Positions 9,244 to 18,374 of a DNA stretch of 64,000 nucleotides are shown in pieces. This DNA is from Candidatus Ozemobacteraceae bacterium (GTDB taxonomy: Bacteria; Muiribacteriota; Ozemobacteria; Ozemobacterales; Ozemobacteraceae), in contig OZ223236.1 of assembly GCA_965140445.1 (NCBI GenBank), forward strand, positions 3,040,001 to 3,104,000, given 5' to 3'. Position numbers and translations under genes: made by a program. Numbering within the stretch: the stretch's first letter is position 1; every line of letters starts with the position of its first letter. Under the pieces are notes generated by a model. The model did not search any database. It was not told where the DNA came from and worked only from the letters and a program-made list of their open reading frames with translations.

Positions 9244-10322
9244 TGCATCTATATACAGATTTAATAGCTATTGATATTGGAACAGACAGCATTAAGATGG
9301 TTTCAATGGATTATGGCCCCGGAAAGCAAGGCTACAGGGTTGGGAACTTTCAACTTGAAGATATCCCTGAAGGACTCATCGGCGGTGGTTTTACCAACCC
9401 GATTATAAGTGACTTGAATAGCTTTAAGAATTCAATTCAAAAAATGCTAAAGAAGCTCAAAAGCCGAAAAGAAGGATTTATTATAGGCTTGCCCGATAGA
9501 TGGGTAAAAATGCATCTTTTTGAAATGGATCTTAATGAAAACGAAAAGCAGTCACCAGAATATTTATCCTGGCGTCTTGAAAAGAATTTGCCTATTCCTG
9601 AAAATATGTCGGTAATAGTTGATTTTCAGATCCTTGGAAAAATCAATGACACACCGGACTCCAAATATCGGGTTCTTGCTGCAGCTGTAAAAAAGGATAT
9701 TGTAGAAATCCTTTCAAGTTTGACCACAGAGCTTGGTATGGAGGTTATGGCTTTTGATACCTCCACCCTTGGCGTTTACAACTTATTTGAGACTTTGAGA
9801 CCTGAAAGTTGTATTGATAAAACAATTATTCATTGCCATGTGGGCCATGAAACAACAGTGGTTAAAGCATATGGATCTGGTTCCTTGATATACGAGAGGG
9901 TTATAGAAGTTGGTGGAGAAGAATTTACTCACACCTTATCAACTCTTGATCAACTTGATTTTGAAACAGCCACTAAAATTAAGGAAGAGGAAAAGTTTTT
10001 TCCCACAGAAAGAAAGGATATTCCTGAAATGCTTGCAAAAAGGGAAAGAATTGAATCTATTTTTGGAAATTGGCTTAGAGAATTAAATGTAACTTTTCGA
10101 TTTTTTCAGGAGAAATTTAAAACAAGTAAACTCCCTTCAATTATGATAACTGGCGGAGGAGCAAAGTTTGGGGGTATTGCAGAATTTTTAAGTGAGTATC
10201 TTGATACAGATTGCTTTGTTTTTAACCCACTGGCTGAAATTCCATTAGCTGGGAAGCTTGATAAGCATGTTTTTGAATCTGGCCCTATTGCAGCCCCTGG
10301 CATAGGTTTGTTGGTAAAGTGA
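9243..10322 (+). CDS. pilM: PilM-like actin-fold pilus assembly protein
   Basis: IAIDIGTDSIK and ITGGGA motifs; lies directly after the ATPase. Confidence 0.85.
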   Translation: MHLYTDLIAIDIGTDSIKMVSMDYGPGKQGYRVGNFQLEDIPEGLIGGGFTNPIISDLNSFKNSIQKMLKKLKSRKEGFIIGLPDRWVKMHLFEMDLNENEKQSPEYLSWRLEKNLPIPENMSVIVDFQILGKINDTPDSKYRVLAAAVKKDIVEILSSLTTELGMEVMAFDTSTLGVYNLFETLRPESCIDKTIIHCHVGHETTVVKAYGSGSLIYERVIEVGGEEFTHTLSTLDQLDFETATKIKEEEKFFPTERKDIPEMLAKRERIESIFGNWLRELNVTFRFFQEKFKTSKLPSIMITGGGAKFGGIAEFLSEYLDTDCFVFNPLAEIPLAGKLDKHVFESGPIAAPGIGLLVK

Positions 10323-10332
10323 GGCTGTAAAA

Positions 10333-10911
10333 ATGAAACATTTTTTGAATATTAAACCCACAGTTGTTTTTAGAAAAGGAAGTAGTTTCTTATTGCGAAC
10401 TTCTTTGGCAATTCTTTTTGGAGTTCCTTTTGTGATTGCTCTTTTTTGGGGATACAAATATTACGCTGCTAATTCAGTCTTATCCATTTATGAAAGCAAC
10501 TTGGAAAACCTAAAGAAAAAAACAACAAAATTCGAGGAAAAAACGAGGAAAGATCTTATAGATAAAGAAGATCTAAATCTTTTAGCTGAAAGATATCTCG
10601 GGTATCGTGCTATTTCTTCAGCTTATCAAACTTCATGGAGCAAATTGTTTCAGAAGTTTGAGGAGCTGTCTCCTGAAGGAATGAAAATAACCAGAATCAG
10701 GATTAAACCTGATAAAGTTGTGAAAATTATGATTCAGGGCAAGGTTGTGGATTTACATAATTTAACCACTTTTTTGAAATCTATGATTAATTCTGACTGT
10801 TTTTTGAATCCAAACTTAAAAAGGCATAGCAGAGCTGGAAATGGCGATGATAAGAGTTTGGTTTTTGATATGGAAGTCGATTATGTTGAAAATGGGGGGG
10901 ACTTTTTCTAA
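10333..10911 (+). CDS. pilN: PilN-like protein
   Basis: TM, coiled coil, then WSKLFQKFEELSPEGMKI; follows pilM. Confidence 0.75.
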   Translation: MKHFLNIKPTVVFRKGSSFLLRTSLAILFGVPFVIALFWGYKYYAANSVLSIYESNLENLKKKTTKFEEKTRKDLIDKEDLNLLAERYLGYRAISSAYQTSWSKLFQKFEELSPEGMKITRIRIKPDKVVKIMIQGKVVDLHNLTTFLKSMINSDCFLNPNLKRHSRAGNGDDKSLVFDMEVDYVENGGDFF

Positions 10912-11441
10912 TGAATCCTAATGAAATGAATAAGTTGAAAGAAAAGGCTCCCTTTGCTTTTATTCTGCTATTATTGGCTGTATTTATTCCTTCAATTTTT
11001 GTTGGCCCAATTGACGATGGACTTGTTCAAAAGGATGATGCCTATAAAACTGCTTTAAAGAAAAGTAAAAAGGCTCTGGATTTAAGTATTAAGGGCAAGG
11101 AAGATTCAAAAAGATTTTCAGAGTTATCCAATGCTCAGGGAAATGTTGAGAATATTTTGCCAGACAGAGGGAATTTACCAGAAATAATAGAGGAGATTCA
11201 TAGTAAAGCTGGAAAAAATAGTGCCCTGATTCGAAATGTTCGTTATGAATTCACCCGAGAAATAGATGGATTTAAGGCTCCGTCTTTTCACATTCAGTTC
11301 CAGATCACTGCAAATTATAAGGATTTCAGGCGATTTATTGCAGAGTTGGAATGCCTGAAATACCCTTTAATTATTCGCGAAATAATTGCAGCAAATAAAA
11401 GCAATTATTCTGTATCAGTACAGCAAATGGTGAAGCTATGA
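10911..11441 (+). CDS. pilO: PilO-like protein
   Basis: TM, coil, LPDRGNLPEIIEEI and ANYKDFRRFIAELE; follows pilN. Confidence 0.75.
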   Translation: MNPNEMNKLKEKAPFAFILLLLAVFIPSIFVGPIDDGLVQKDDAYKTALKKSKKALDLSIKGKEDSKRFSELSNAQGNVENILPDRGNLPEIIEEIHSKAGKNSALIRNVRYEFTREIDGFKAPSFHIQFQITANYKDFRRFIAELECLKYPLIIREIIAANKSNYSVSVQQMVKL

Positions 11442-12061
11442 AAGAGAAAAAAGAGGAATTCAGAATAAAAAATCGTGAAGAGATTATTGATACTTTTCAA
11501 CTGAGATTGAAAGAGAAAAAGATCCTGATTTCATTAATAATTCTCTTTTTACTTGCAGGTGGCTATGAATTTAGTGGACCTTTTCTGGGGGGACTTTTTC
11601 AGGAAGAATTTGATATTCCAGAAGTTGGCATGTCCAGAAAAAGGGTTATACCTTCTAAAACCTTACGAAAAGTAAAAAACAATCTAATTGAATGTGGACT
11701 GGAGTTTCCTCAGTTTTATAAATTCTTTCTTAAAGCTGAAAAAGAGATTGAATCCATTTCGATGATGAATAAAACTAATCCTGGATCAGACCTGGCTATT
11801 GAAAAGATGGAAGCGGTTTCCTTAAAGCTTTGGGAGTTTGTTGTGAATCCAGTAACTAGCAAAAGGGAATGCACCGAAAATCTTGAAAAAACTTTAAAAG
11901 ATGTTCTGAAATTTCTAAAACTGGATGCCGGAAAAGATTTTAAAATTACTAAGCTTGTTTTTGAAAAAAAATTCATCCCGGAAATGTCTGAACCTTCAAG
12001 AAACATGTTTGATTTCAAAAATGAAGATGAGTTCAATCTGCTTGAGGTAAATGATGATTAA
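11438..12061 (+). CDS. Membrane-anchored hypothetical protein in the PilP position
   Basis: Single TM; overlaps both neighbours; C-terminal RNMFDF resembles the RNPF-type motif. Confidence 0.55.
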   Translation: MKEKKEEFRIKNREEIIDTFQLRLKEKKILISLIILFLLAGGYEFSGPFLGGLFQEEFDIPEVGMSRKRVIPSKTLRKVKNNLIECGLEFPQFYKFFLKAEKEIESISMMNKTNPGSDLAIEKMEAVSLKLWEFVVNPVTSKRECTENLEKTLKDVLKFLKLDAGKDFKITKLVFEKKFIPEMSEPSRNMFDFKNEDEFNLLEVNDD

Positions 12062-12449
12062 ATGTTTTGAAAAGCATAGCAGGAGAGGTTTTACTTTAAT
12101 TGAAATCCTTGTGGTTTTATCAATTATTGGATTGGCTCTAAGTATTGCTTCTCACAATAATACCAGGGTATTAAAAAACAGCAAAGACGCTGGTTTGATG
12201 GTTAATCTAACTGCTCTCAGAAATGCTGTTTATCAATACAGCCTTAATAATAACGGAAAATTTCCAGACGAGCTTTCTTCCCTTGCACCGGACTTTATAA
12301 AAAATGTTCCAGAAAAATGGGTTGGTAGCAAAGGAAAAGGGATTATTCATTACTCCAGCGATAACGGAACTATTTCTTTATTTGATGAAGAAGGAATTGA
12401 GATCTCTGATTTAAAAGATTCCCGGGGTAGAGCTTATGCTTCCTATTAG
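12051..12449 (+). CDS. Prepilin/pseudopilin (GspG-like)
   Basis: Class III signal RRG|FTLIEILVV; GKFPDELSSL. Confidence 0.85.
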   Translation: MMIKCFEKHSRRGFTLIEILVVLSIIGLALSIASHNNTRVLKNSKDAGLMVNLTALRNAVYQYSLNNNGKFPDELSSLAPDFIKNVPEKWVGSKGKGIIHYSSDNGTISLFDEEGIEISDLKDSRGRAYASY

Positions 12450-12864
12450 GAACAACTTTGGCTTAACACTAATTGAGCTGATAATAACTACACTAATAAT
12501 TGGCATTCTGTCAGCGACGGCGTTACCATTATCCAAAAACTTTATTCGACATGAAAAAGAGCTTGCCTTAAAAAGAAATTTGCAGACAATAAGAGAGGGA
12601 ATTGATCGATTTTACGCTCGAAAAGAGGCAAAGACTCCTGGGCTTGATTATTCTGAATATTACCCTGAAACACTAGATGTTCTTGTGGAAGAAAGAGTTT
12701 TGAGAAGGATTCCAATTGATCCTTTTACCAAAAAAGCTGATTGGAAAACCCGCTCTTCCTCTGACCCGTTAGATTCAGAAATTTCGGATGGAAAGAATGT
12801 TTTTGACGTTTGTTCCTCTTCAGATGAAATTGCTGCAAATGGTGAAAAATATTCCAGCTGGTAA
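12436..12864 (+). CDS. Prepilin/pseudopilin (PulG-like)
   Basis: G|LTLIELII; YPETLDVLV...LRRIPIDPFT...W; ends in YSSW. Confidence 0.85.
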   Translation: MLPIRNNFGLTLIELIITTLIIGILSATALPLSKNFIRHEKELALKRNLQTIREGIDRFYARKEAKTPGLDYSEYYPETLDVLVEERVLRRIPIDPFTKKADWKTRSSSDPLDSEISDGKNVFDVCSSSDEIAANGEKYSSW

Positions 12865-12991
12865 CTGTTCATAATTTGCTCAAACTTGATCTTTCATTGA
12901 ACAGTAAGATTGATTTAATCAACATTCCAGTCTGTTTTAAGTAGTTTGCTCCTTAATTTGCACCTAATTGGGCAAAATTTCACAAATAAAG

Positions 12992-13008
12992 TTGGCATCA
13001 AAATTGCT
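12992..13008 (+). promoter_or_regulatory. Sigma-54 (-24/-12) promoter
   Basis: TTGGCATCAAAATTGCT has exact GG-N10-GC spacing; ~40 nt upstream of the ATG at 13047, which has an AGGAGG SD. Confidence 0.75.
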
Positions 13009-13046
13009 ATAGCCTCTGCAGTAAATTATTTTAGGAGGTTAAAGCA

Positions 13047-13604
13047 ATGAAATTCTCTAAATTTATCAAAACAGTTTTAACCATAATGTTAATTCTTATT
13101 CTTAACTCACAGGTATTTTCAATGGCACAGGATTTGGAAGTTATTTCCTCACAAATAAAAAGTATTTCAGATGACAATGGAACAGTTACTGCCAAGCTTG
13201 ATTGGTTAAGCAGGCCCGGAGAAATGTGTCTTTCAATTGATTATAACGGGTATTTAACCCAGGAAGGCATGGTTAACTTCTATTTAGTGGTTAATGGTGA
13301 AACCCGAGAATTTTTGACCATGAAAAAAGAAAAAAGAAACAGGTCCCAAGGAATTAAAATAATCTCTTTTCACCCTACACAGATTACCAAAGGGGTTAAT
13401 AAACTAGCTCCAATTCCAGATGATACACTTGTGGACTATCTTCTATTTAAAAATGCTCCATATTACTCTTTTTATGGTGAGATAGAAGTGGAAGTTAAAT
13501 TTTTCATTCATGGAAGATGGGATGGTGACGGGAATAAAGGTGATGGAAACTTTGTTTTTAAATTCTCAAACCCCATTAAAGAAAAACCTGAAGACCATTT
13601 TTAA
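13047..13604 (+). CDS. Secreted hypothetical beta-rich protein
   Basis: Strong SD, signal peptide, monocistronic between a sigma-54 site and a terminator. Confidence 0.8.
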   Translation: MKFSKFIKTVLTIMLILILNSQVFSMAQDLEVISSQIKSISDDNGTVTAKLDWLSRPGEMCLSIDYNGYLTQEGMVNFYLVVNGETREFLTMKKEKRNRSQGIKIISFHPTQITKGVNKLAPIPDDTLVDYLLFKNAPYYSFYGEIEVEVKFFIHGRWDGDGNKGDGNFVFKFSNPIKEKPEDHF

Positions 13605-13655
13605 ACGATTTTATTTCTTTCCCAGGAAAAGGGCGTTAAGCCCACACCACTTTAC

Positions 13656-13685
13656 AAGTCCCGAGTAAAACTCGGGACTTTTTTT
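13656..13685 (+). terminator. Intrinsic terminator between convergent genes
   Basis: AAGTCCCGAGT-aaa-ACTCGGGACTT followed by a T-run. Confidence 0.85.
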
Positions 13686-14772
13686 ATCTTTTTCCAACTA
13701 ATAACCAGTTTTGTAAATCGCCATTAAGGTGGTCAACATAATATTGCTCAAAATAGTTTGCTGCTGCACATGAGTGGTTTGGAATAATAAAAATCCGGTC
13801 TCCGATTTTCAAATCATGGCCCTGGTTTTCTTTTAAGTCAATAATTCCATGCTCTTCGGAGAGGCGGGAAATTTGCAAATCTTCTTTTCCAACAATCAGA
13901 CCGTGCCCAGAAATTGTTTGTAAGCCATGAGCACCTTTATCTAACCCTAGAGATTTGCTTCCAGCATTAATGACAATTCGATTTTTATAAATTCCAATGA
14001 TTGATGAACATACATAAAGTGAACAATTTTCTTGCTGGCATACGTTTAAAGAGAGTTGCATTGAATCATAAAAAACATAATTTCCTGGGCGACATTCATT
14101 AATCTTGCCGGACTTAGAAGCCAAAAATGCTGTAGGAGTCGATCCAACACTTATTACATCGCAACTTAAACCCGAGGAAACTACAATTTCAGCTGCCTTT
14201 ATAACAGCTTCAGATTCTTCGAGAGCTATCTTTTTTAAATCTTCACTGTTTTTTGCTGAATACGAATGACCTGCGTGTGTAAAAACTCCATCAAGCTTAA
14301 CTTGGGAATTTTCTTTTAAAAACTCAATCAAGGGATCAAGTTCTGAAGTCTCAGGTAAAACACCGCAACGATGATGGCCTGAATCTATCTCTATTCTTAC
14401 ATGTACTTCAAAATTACAGCTTTTAAATATTTCTAAATGCTTTAAAGAATCTACAGCACAAGAAATTCTTATTTTTTTTGTAAGGGATTCGAACCTGTTA
14501 AGTGATGCAGAATCAAAGATGGGGTAGGCCAGAAAGATGTCACTGATTCCGGCCGCACAAAGAACCTCTGCTTCATTGAGGGTTGCGCATGTAATTCCTG
14601 TAGCTCCTGTTTCTATTTGGATTTTGGCTATTTCTATAGATTTATGGGTTTTAAAGTGTGGCTTCAAATTAATCTTTGTGCCTTGAAAAGCAGCCGCCAT
14701 TTTTTCAATATTATTTTTTAGCTCGTTGTAATTTATTAGTAAAAAAGGAGTTGGTATTTTTTTATTAATCAT
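13684..14772 (-). CDS. PLP-dependent fold-type III enzyme, D-threonine aldolase/D-serine dehydratase (DSD1) family
   Basis: PHFKTHKS (PLP Lys), HHRCGV, HAGHSY, GSTPT, RPGNYVFYD, LSEEHG, IPNHSC. Likely start ATG 14772. Confidence 0.85.
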   Translation of the reverse strand: MINKKIPTPFLLINYNELKNNIEKMAAAFQGTKINLKPHFKTHKSIEIAKIQIETGATGITCATLNEAEVLCAAGISDIFLAYPIFDSASLNRFESLTKKIRISCAVDSLKHLEIFKSCNFEVHVRIEIDSGHHRCGVLPETSELDPLIEFLKENSQVKLDGVFTHAGHSYSAKNSEDLKKIALEESEAVIKAAEIVVSSGLSCDVISVGSTPTAFLASKSGKINECRPGNYVFYDSMQLSLNVCQQENCSLYVCSSIIGIYKNRIVINAGSKSLGLDKGAHGLQTISGHGLIVGKEDLQISRLSEEHGIIDLKENQGHDLKIGDRIFIIPNHSCAAANYFEQYYVDHLNGDLQNWLLVGKR

Positions 14773-14863
14773 TTGAACCTCAAATTTAATGTACAAAGAA
14801 AATGAGAAAAAATTCAAATTATTTAGTATATTTAGGTTATATGTTTTTCATGGAGGAAAATAA

Positions 14864-15484
14864 ATGCGTATTAAATGGAGTCTTCTTTGCGCTATTTTAT
14901 TAGCTGTTATTTCGTTTTCTTCGGTTGATGCCAGAAATGTTGTTGTACCGACTTATTATGGTTACGGGGTTATTAATTCTTCAGCCGTTGCTGTAAGACC
15001 ATATATAAGTGCATGTGATCCAGTTATGGTTCCCACATATTATGGGGCTGCATACTATGGAAACCCTTATTACCAAGAGGCATATTATCAGGCAGCCTAC
15101 CATAACAGAGCTTATTATCATCGCTCGTATCCGTTAGTTCAAACTTGCTCAACAGCACCAGTAGTTCCAGCTTGGAACGGAATGTTCTGGTATTACCAAT
15201 CAGGCTATAATCTGGCTGCTTCAAGCTGCAATTTAAATATTCGTTCAGCTCCTTATGTTTCAAGCAAGAAGAAAAGCTCAAATATAATTGGGCTGTTAAA
15301 AGGTGGAGAACAGGCATATATTTTGGGCCAGACAGGAAATTGGTATTATGTCCAATCCGTCCACGCACCGCTTAGAAGAGGATATGTTTCAGGTTCGTAT
15401 TTGCGCTTTTATAATAATGCTTTGACCACACCTGCTTACACAGTATATAACCCGGCAACTTATATAAGAACTGCTTGCTGGTAA
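14864..15484 (+). CDS. Secreted Tyr-rich protein with C-terminal SH3b domain
   Basis: Signal peptide; LNIRSAP...GNWYYV...GYVSGSYL is the SH3b pattern. Confidence 0.8.
   Translation: MRIKWSLLCAILLAVISFSSVDARNVVVPTYYGYGVINSSAVAVRPYISACDPVMVPTYYGAAYYGNPYYQEAYYQAAYHNRAYYHRSYPLVQTCSTAPVVPAWNGMFWYYQSGYNLAASSCNLNIRSAPYVSSKKKSSNIIGLLKGGEQAYILGQTGNWYYVQSVHAPLRRGYVSGSYLRFYNNALTTPAYTVYNPATYIRTACW
15036..15125 (+). repeat. Six degenerate 15-bp in-frame tandem units (Tyr-rich pentapeptides)
   Basis: catattatggggctg/catactatggaaacc/cttattaccaagagg/catattatcaggcag/cctaccataacagag/cttattatcatcgct. Confidence 0.7.
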
Positions 15485-15494
15485 AGGATTTAAG

Positions 15495-16187
15495 ATGAAA
15501 AGGTTATTTTCAATTCTAAGCTTTCTGCTACTTTTTCAAGTTTCTTTAGCAGCAAAAGATAATCCTTTAGCTGATACTACTAAATGGAACGTTTTTGCGG
15601 TAGTTTCAGGGAATATTGAGGATGCAGCCAGGCAGGCCTCCGAAGCCCTTGTTAAAAAAGGCTTTGAATCCTTTCCAGCTCAAGGGATGCAGGTTCATTG
15701 TACTTTTTATCTAACGAGATTCAGTAATGTAAACAAGGACAAAATCCTGAATGTTATTTCTGAAACCGCTTCGGAAACAAAAAAGTTTTCGTTAGAGACT
15801 GATGGTTTGCATATTACCAATGGAAATTGGGTATTTATAAACCTGAAAAAAGATGCTTTATTGCAAAACCTTGCAGACACTATTGTTACCAAATTGGAAA
15901 AGTATCGATTCAATGATGGGTTTATTCCAAAATGGGTTGAAGATTACCCTGAAAAGAAAAAAAATATTGCAGACTTTGGAAGTCCCAATGTTTTTTCCAG
16001 TTTTGAACCCCACTTAACTCTTGTTGCTGGAAATGATAAAGGAGAATTATTGTCTGCCTTTGTTAAAGAAAATAGTGAAAAAGAATTTGCCAAAACAATT
16101 AAAGGACAACTGATTGGAATTGGTCTTGGAAAAGCAGATAGAAACGGACAAATTGAAGAGGTAGAAAAAATATTCTATTTAAAGTAA
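15495..16187 (+). CDS. Exported 2H phosphoesterase-family protein
   Basis: Two HxT motifs (VHCTF, PHLTL) ~105 aa apart; cleavable signal peptide. Confidence 0.75.
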   Translation: MKRLFSILSFLLLFQVSLAAKDNPLADTTKWNVFAVVSGNIEDAARQASEALVKKGFESFPAQGMQVHCTFYLTRFSNVNKDKILNVISETASETKKFSLETDGLHITNGNWVFINLKKDALLQNLADTIVTKLEKYRFNDGFIPKWVEDYPEKKKNIADFGSPNVFSSFEPHLTLVAGNDKGELLSAFVKENSEKEFAKTIKGQLIGIGLGKADRNGQIEEVEKIFYLK

Positions 16188-16200
16188 ACCTTTTATTTGG

Positions 16201-18312
16201 CTAATCACCAAATAAGAATTTCAAAGCTCCAATTGCAATTGCTGCACCCCATGCGAGTGCTACCAAAAGCCACACAATTACTGTGGCTTTTGCTCTTTTA
16301 GCCTTTGAGTCTGTAGAAGATTGGGTTAAAACATCGTGTAATGCATCTGGATTCGTAATATCAACCGAAGTATCTACCTCAGTTGAATTAGAATTTTTGG
16401 AATTTGATTCTGAAGGATTTTCTTTATTCTCCGCATTGTTGATATTTTTTTGTTCTGTCTGTTTTTTTAATTCCTTTTGACTTTGCTCAAAAAAATCTTT
16501 GGCTTCTTGATATAGTTCTTCAGGAGATGAGATGTTATCCAAGGCAATGGCCAGTTTGTCAGCTATAGATTCCAAAACTTTAAATTTTTCCGCTTTTAAA
16601 GAGCGATGATCATTAGAAACTTTTGCGAAAGCACAGTTTAACAACTCCCTGTCTGGATTGGCAGAAAGAACCACACAAAGTTTATCGAGCAACTCCAGTG
16701 ATGTTTCTTTTGCTAAAGCTTCAATAAGGGATTCACGAACCAAACTAAAATCAACAAGCATGCTGGTAGATATACCAAGAGTTCTTTGCTTAATGTTGTT
16801 TGAGGAAATAAGGCTTGATAAAAGACTTTTGATGGTTTCTTTATCAATAGTTACAAAAACTCTTGTAGCGGTCATGCGAATTTTTCCGTTGCGATCTTGC
16901 ATGAATTGGGGCAAATACAGACAAAGGTAGTCTGGATCAAGATTTGCAAGGGCTTTTATTGTTGCGCAAACCAGATCTGGGTCTTCTGATTGAAGTGAGG
17001 GCTTTACTCGTTCCAGATCTTCCTGGGAATTTCCAAATTTTCCGATGAGATTAATTATTGAAGCCTTTTCTTTTCCTTCGCTTTCTCTAAATAAAGAGAT
17101 AATAAGTGGTTTATTTTCTTTGAAAGTATTTGCGTCTAACCTTGCTAGCATTTGAATTCGAGCTTTGGTAGGCAATTCTGAATAATTTTCAAAGCCTTGT
17201 TTTATTTTGGGTTTTTCTTCCTTAACAATTTCATCTTTTGGGTGTTCTTCTTCCTGACCAGAAATCGCCTCTAATGAAGGCAAGGAGTTTTCTTCGTCAG
17301 CATCTTCTTGAAATTGACAAGTGTCTTTAAGAATCTGAAGTTCTTCTTTTTTGGCACGTTCCTTAATTCTATTCAGATATTCTTGACTAGAGCAATCTAT
17401 GAGCTTTTTAGCCGAAAGCTCTCGGACTATTCCCAACAACATTCCCTTAACTAGACTTTGATGTTGTCCCTGAAGAGATCTGGCAAGCCAGAATAGTTTG
17501 AACGGGATTTCCTGATGAGCATTCTTCTTTATAAGCTGACTAATTCTCATCAAAATTGATGGATTATTGCAGGCTGAAATTAGTCTAAGAAGGTGTGGCT
17601 CTATTTCAGGATAAGGAAAGTAGGTGGCATGGTGAATTGCAAGTTGCACTTCATTCTCTTCTTTAGAGAAAAGCATATCGAGAAGATGTTGAGTAGCCTG
17701 CCCTTTATTCCATCTGTAGAAAGCTTGTATGGCTTGAGCCCTTACAACTGGTTGGGGAGATGTTAATAAAGGAACTATAATGCCTTGAAGGTTTCCAGGG
17801 TCCAGTTTTTCGAGAGAGCTTAAAGCTGCCGTTAAAACTGTTGGGTCTGGATGACGCGTAAGTTGCTGTATTTCAAAAGAATCCTGAATATTTCCGAATC
17901 TTTTAAAAAACTGACAGAACGATGGCAAAATAGGAGCTGGAAAAGAAGTCCAATTAATTTGCTTGATAATATCCTGAGTCAAAAAAGCTTCAGCGGTTTC
18001 AACAGTGGCAATAGCTAATGCGAGATCATCAAGTCGATTTTGGTCTTTAAGCAACTTTTCAAAGCCATCTGTAGAAACTTTAAAATTAGCTTTTTTCAAT
18101 TTAAAAACAGCGAGTCTAAAGGATTTCTTAATTTGAAAAGATAAAACCGGATCCTTAACTATTGAAAGAGCTTTCTTGAGGACTTGAGCTTCAACTCGAG
18201 TTGGTTCACGGAAATCAAGTTCTTCAAGGGTGTCGAGAACAACGGTCCCGTTGCCGCTACACAAAATGGAAAGCATTTCTTTTGCGCCTAATTCTGAGTT
18301 AGAAGTCGCCAA
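16201..18312 (-). CDS. HEAT-repeat protein with C-terminal TM anchor
   Basis: HEAT units (VVRAQAIQA, DLVCATIKAL, KIRMTATR) in two blocks; hydrophobic C-terminus; TTG start after AGAGG. Confidence 0.8.
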   Translation of the reverse strand: MATSNSELGAKEMLSILCSGNGTVVLDTLEELDFREPTRVEAQVLKKALSIVKDPVLSFQIKKSFRLAVFKLKKANFKVSTDGFEKLLKDQNRLDDLALAIATVETAEAFLTQDIIKQINWTSFPAPILPSFCQFFKRFGNIQDSFEIQQLTRHPDPTVLTAALSSLEKLDPGNLQGIIVPLLTSPQPVVRAQAIQAFYRWNKGQATQHLLDMLFSKEENEVQLAIHHATYFPYPEIEPHLLRLISACNNPSILMRISQLIKKNAHQEIPFKLFWLARSLQGQHQSLVKGMLLGIVRELSAKKLIDCSSQEYLNRIKERAKKEELQILKDTCQFQEDADEENSLPSLEAISGQEEEHPKDEIVKEEKPKIKQGFENYSELPTKARIQMLARLDANTFKENKPLIISLFRESEGKEKASIINLIGKFGNSQEDLERVKPSLQSEDPDLVCATIKALANLDPDYLCLYLPQFMQDRNGKIRMTATRVFVTIDKETIKSLLSSLISSNNIKQRTLGISTSMLVDFSLVRESLIEALAKETSLELLDKLCVVLSANPDRELLNCAFAKVSNDHRSLKAEKFKVLESIADKLAIALDNISSPEELYQEAKDFFEQSQKELKKQTEQKNINNAENKENPSESNSKNSNSTEVDTSVDITNPDALHDVLTQSSTDSKAKRAKATVIVWLLVALAWGAAIAIGALKFLFGD

Positions 18313-18374
18313 TTCCTCTTTACCTTTTGTTTTACTTGTTAACTAATTTACCTCAGTTAACTCTGAAAATAAAC

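Noticed and set aside
12910..12922. FNR box
   Set aside because: TTGAT-N3-ATCAA has a 3-nt spacer, not the 4 nt required; kept only as a generic palindrome.
13631..13643. Small GGGC-gttaa-GCCC hairpin as part of an ncRNA
   Set aside because: A 4-bp stem is too short to distinguish from chance.
15495..18312. Anti-phage defence island (2H enzyme, HEAT protein)
   Set aside because: No cyclase, nuclease, NTPase or other defence-type genes nearby; the 2H protein is exported and the two genes are convergent.
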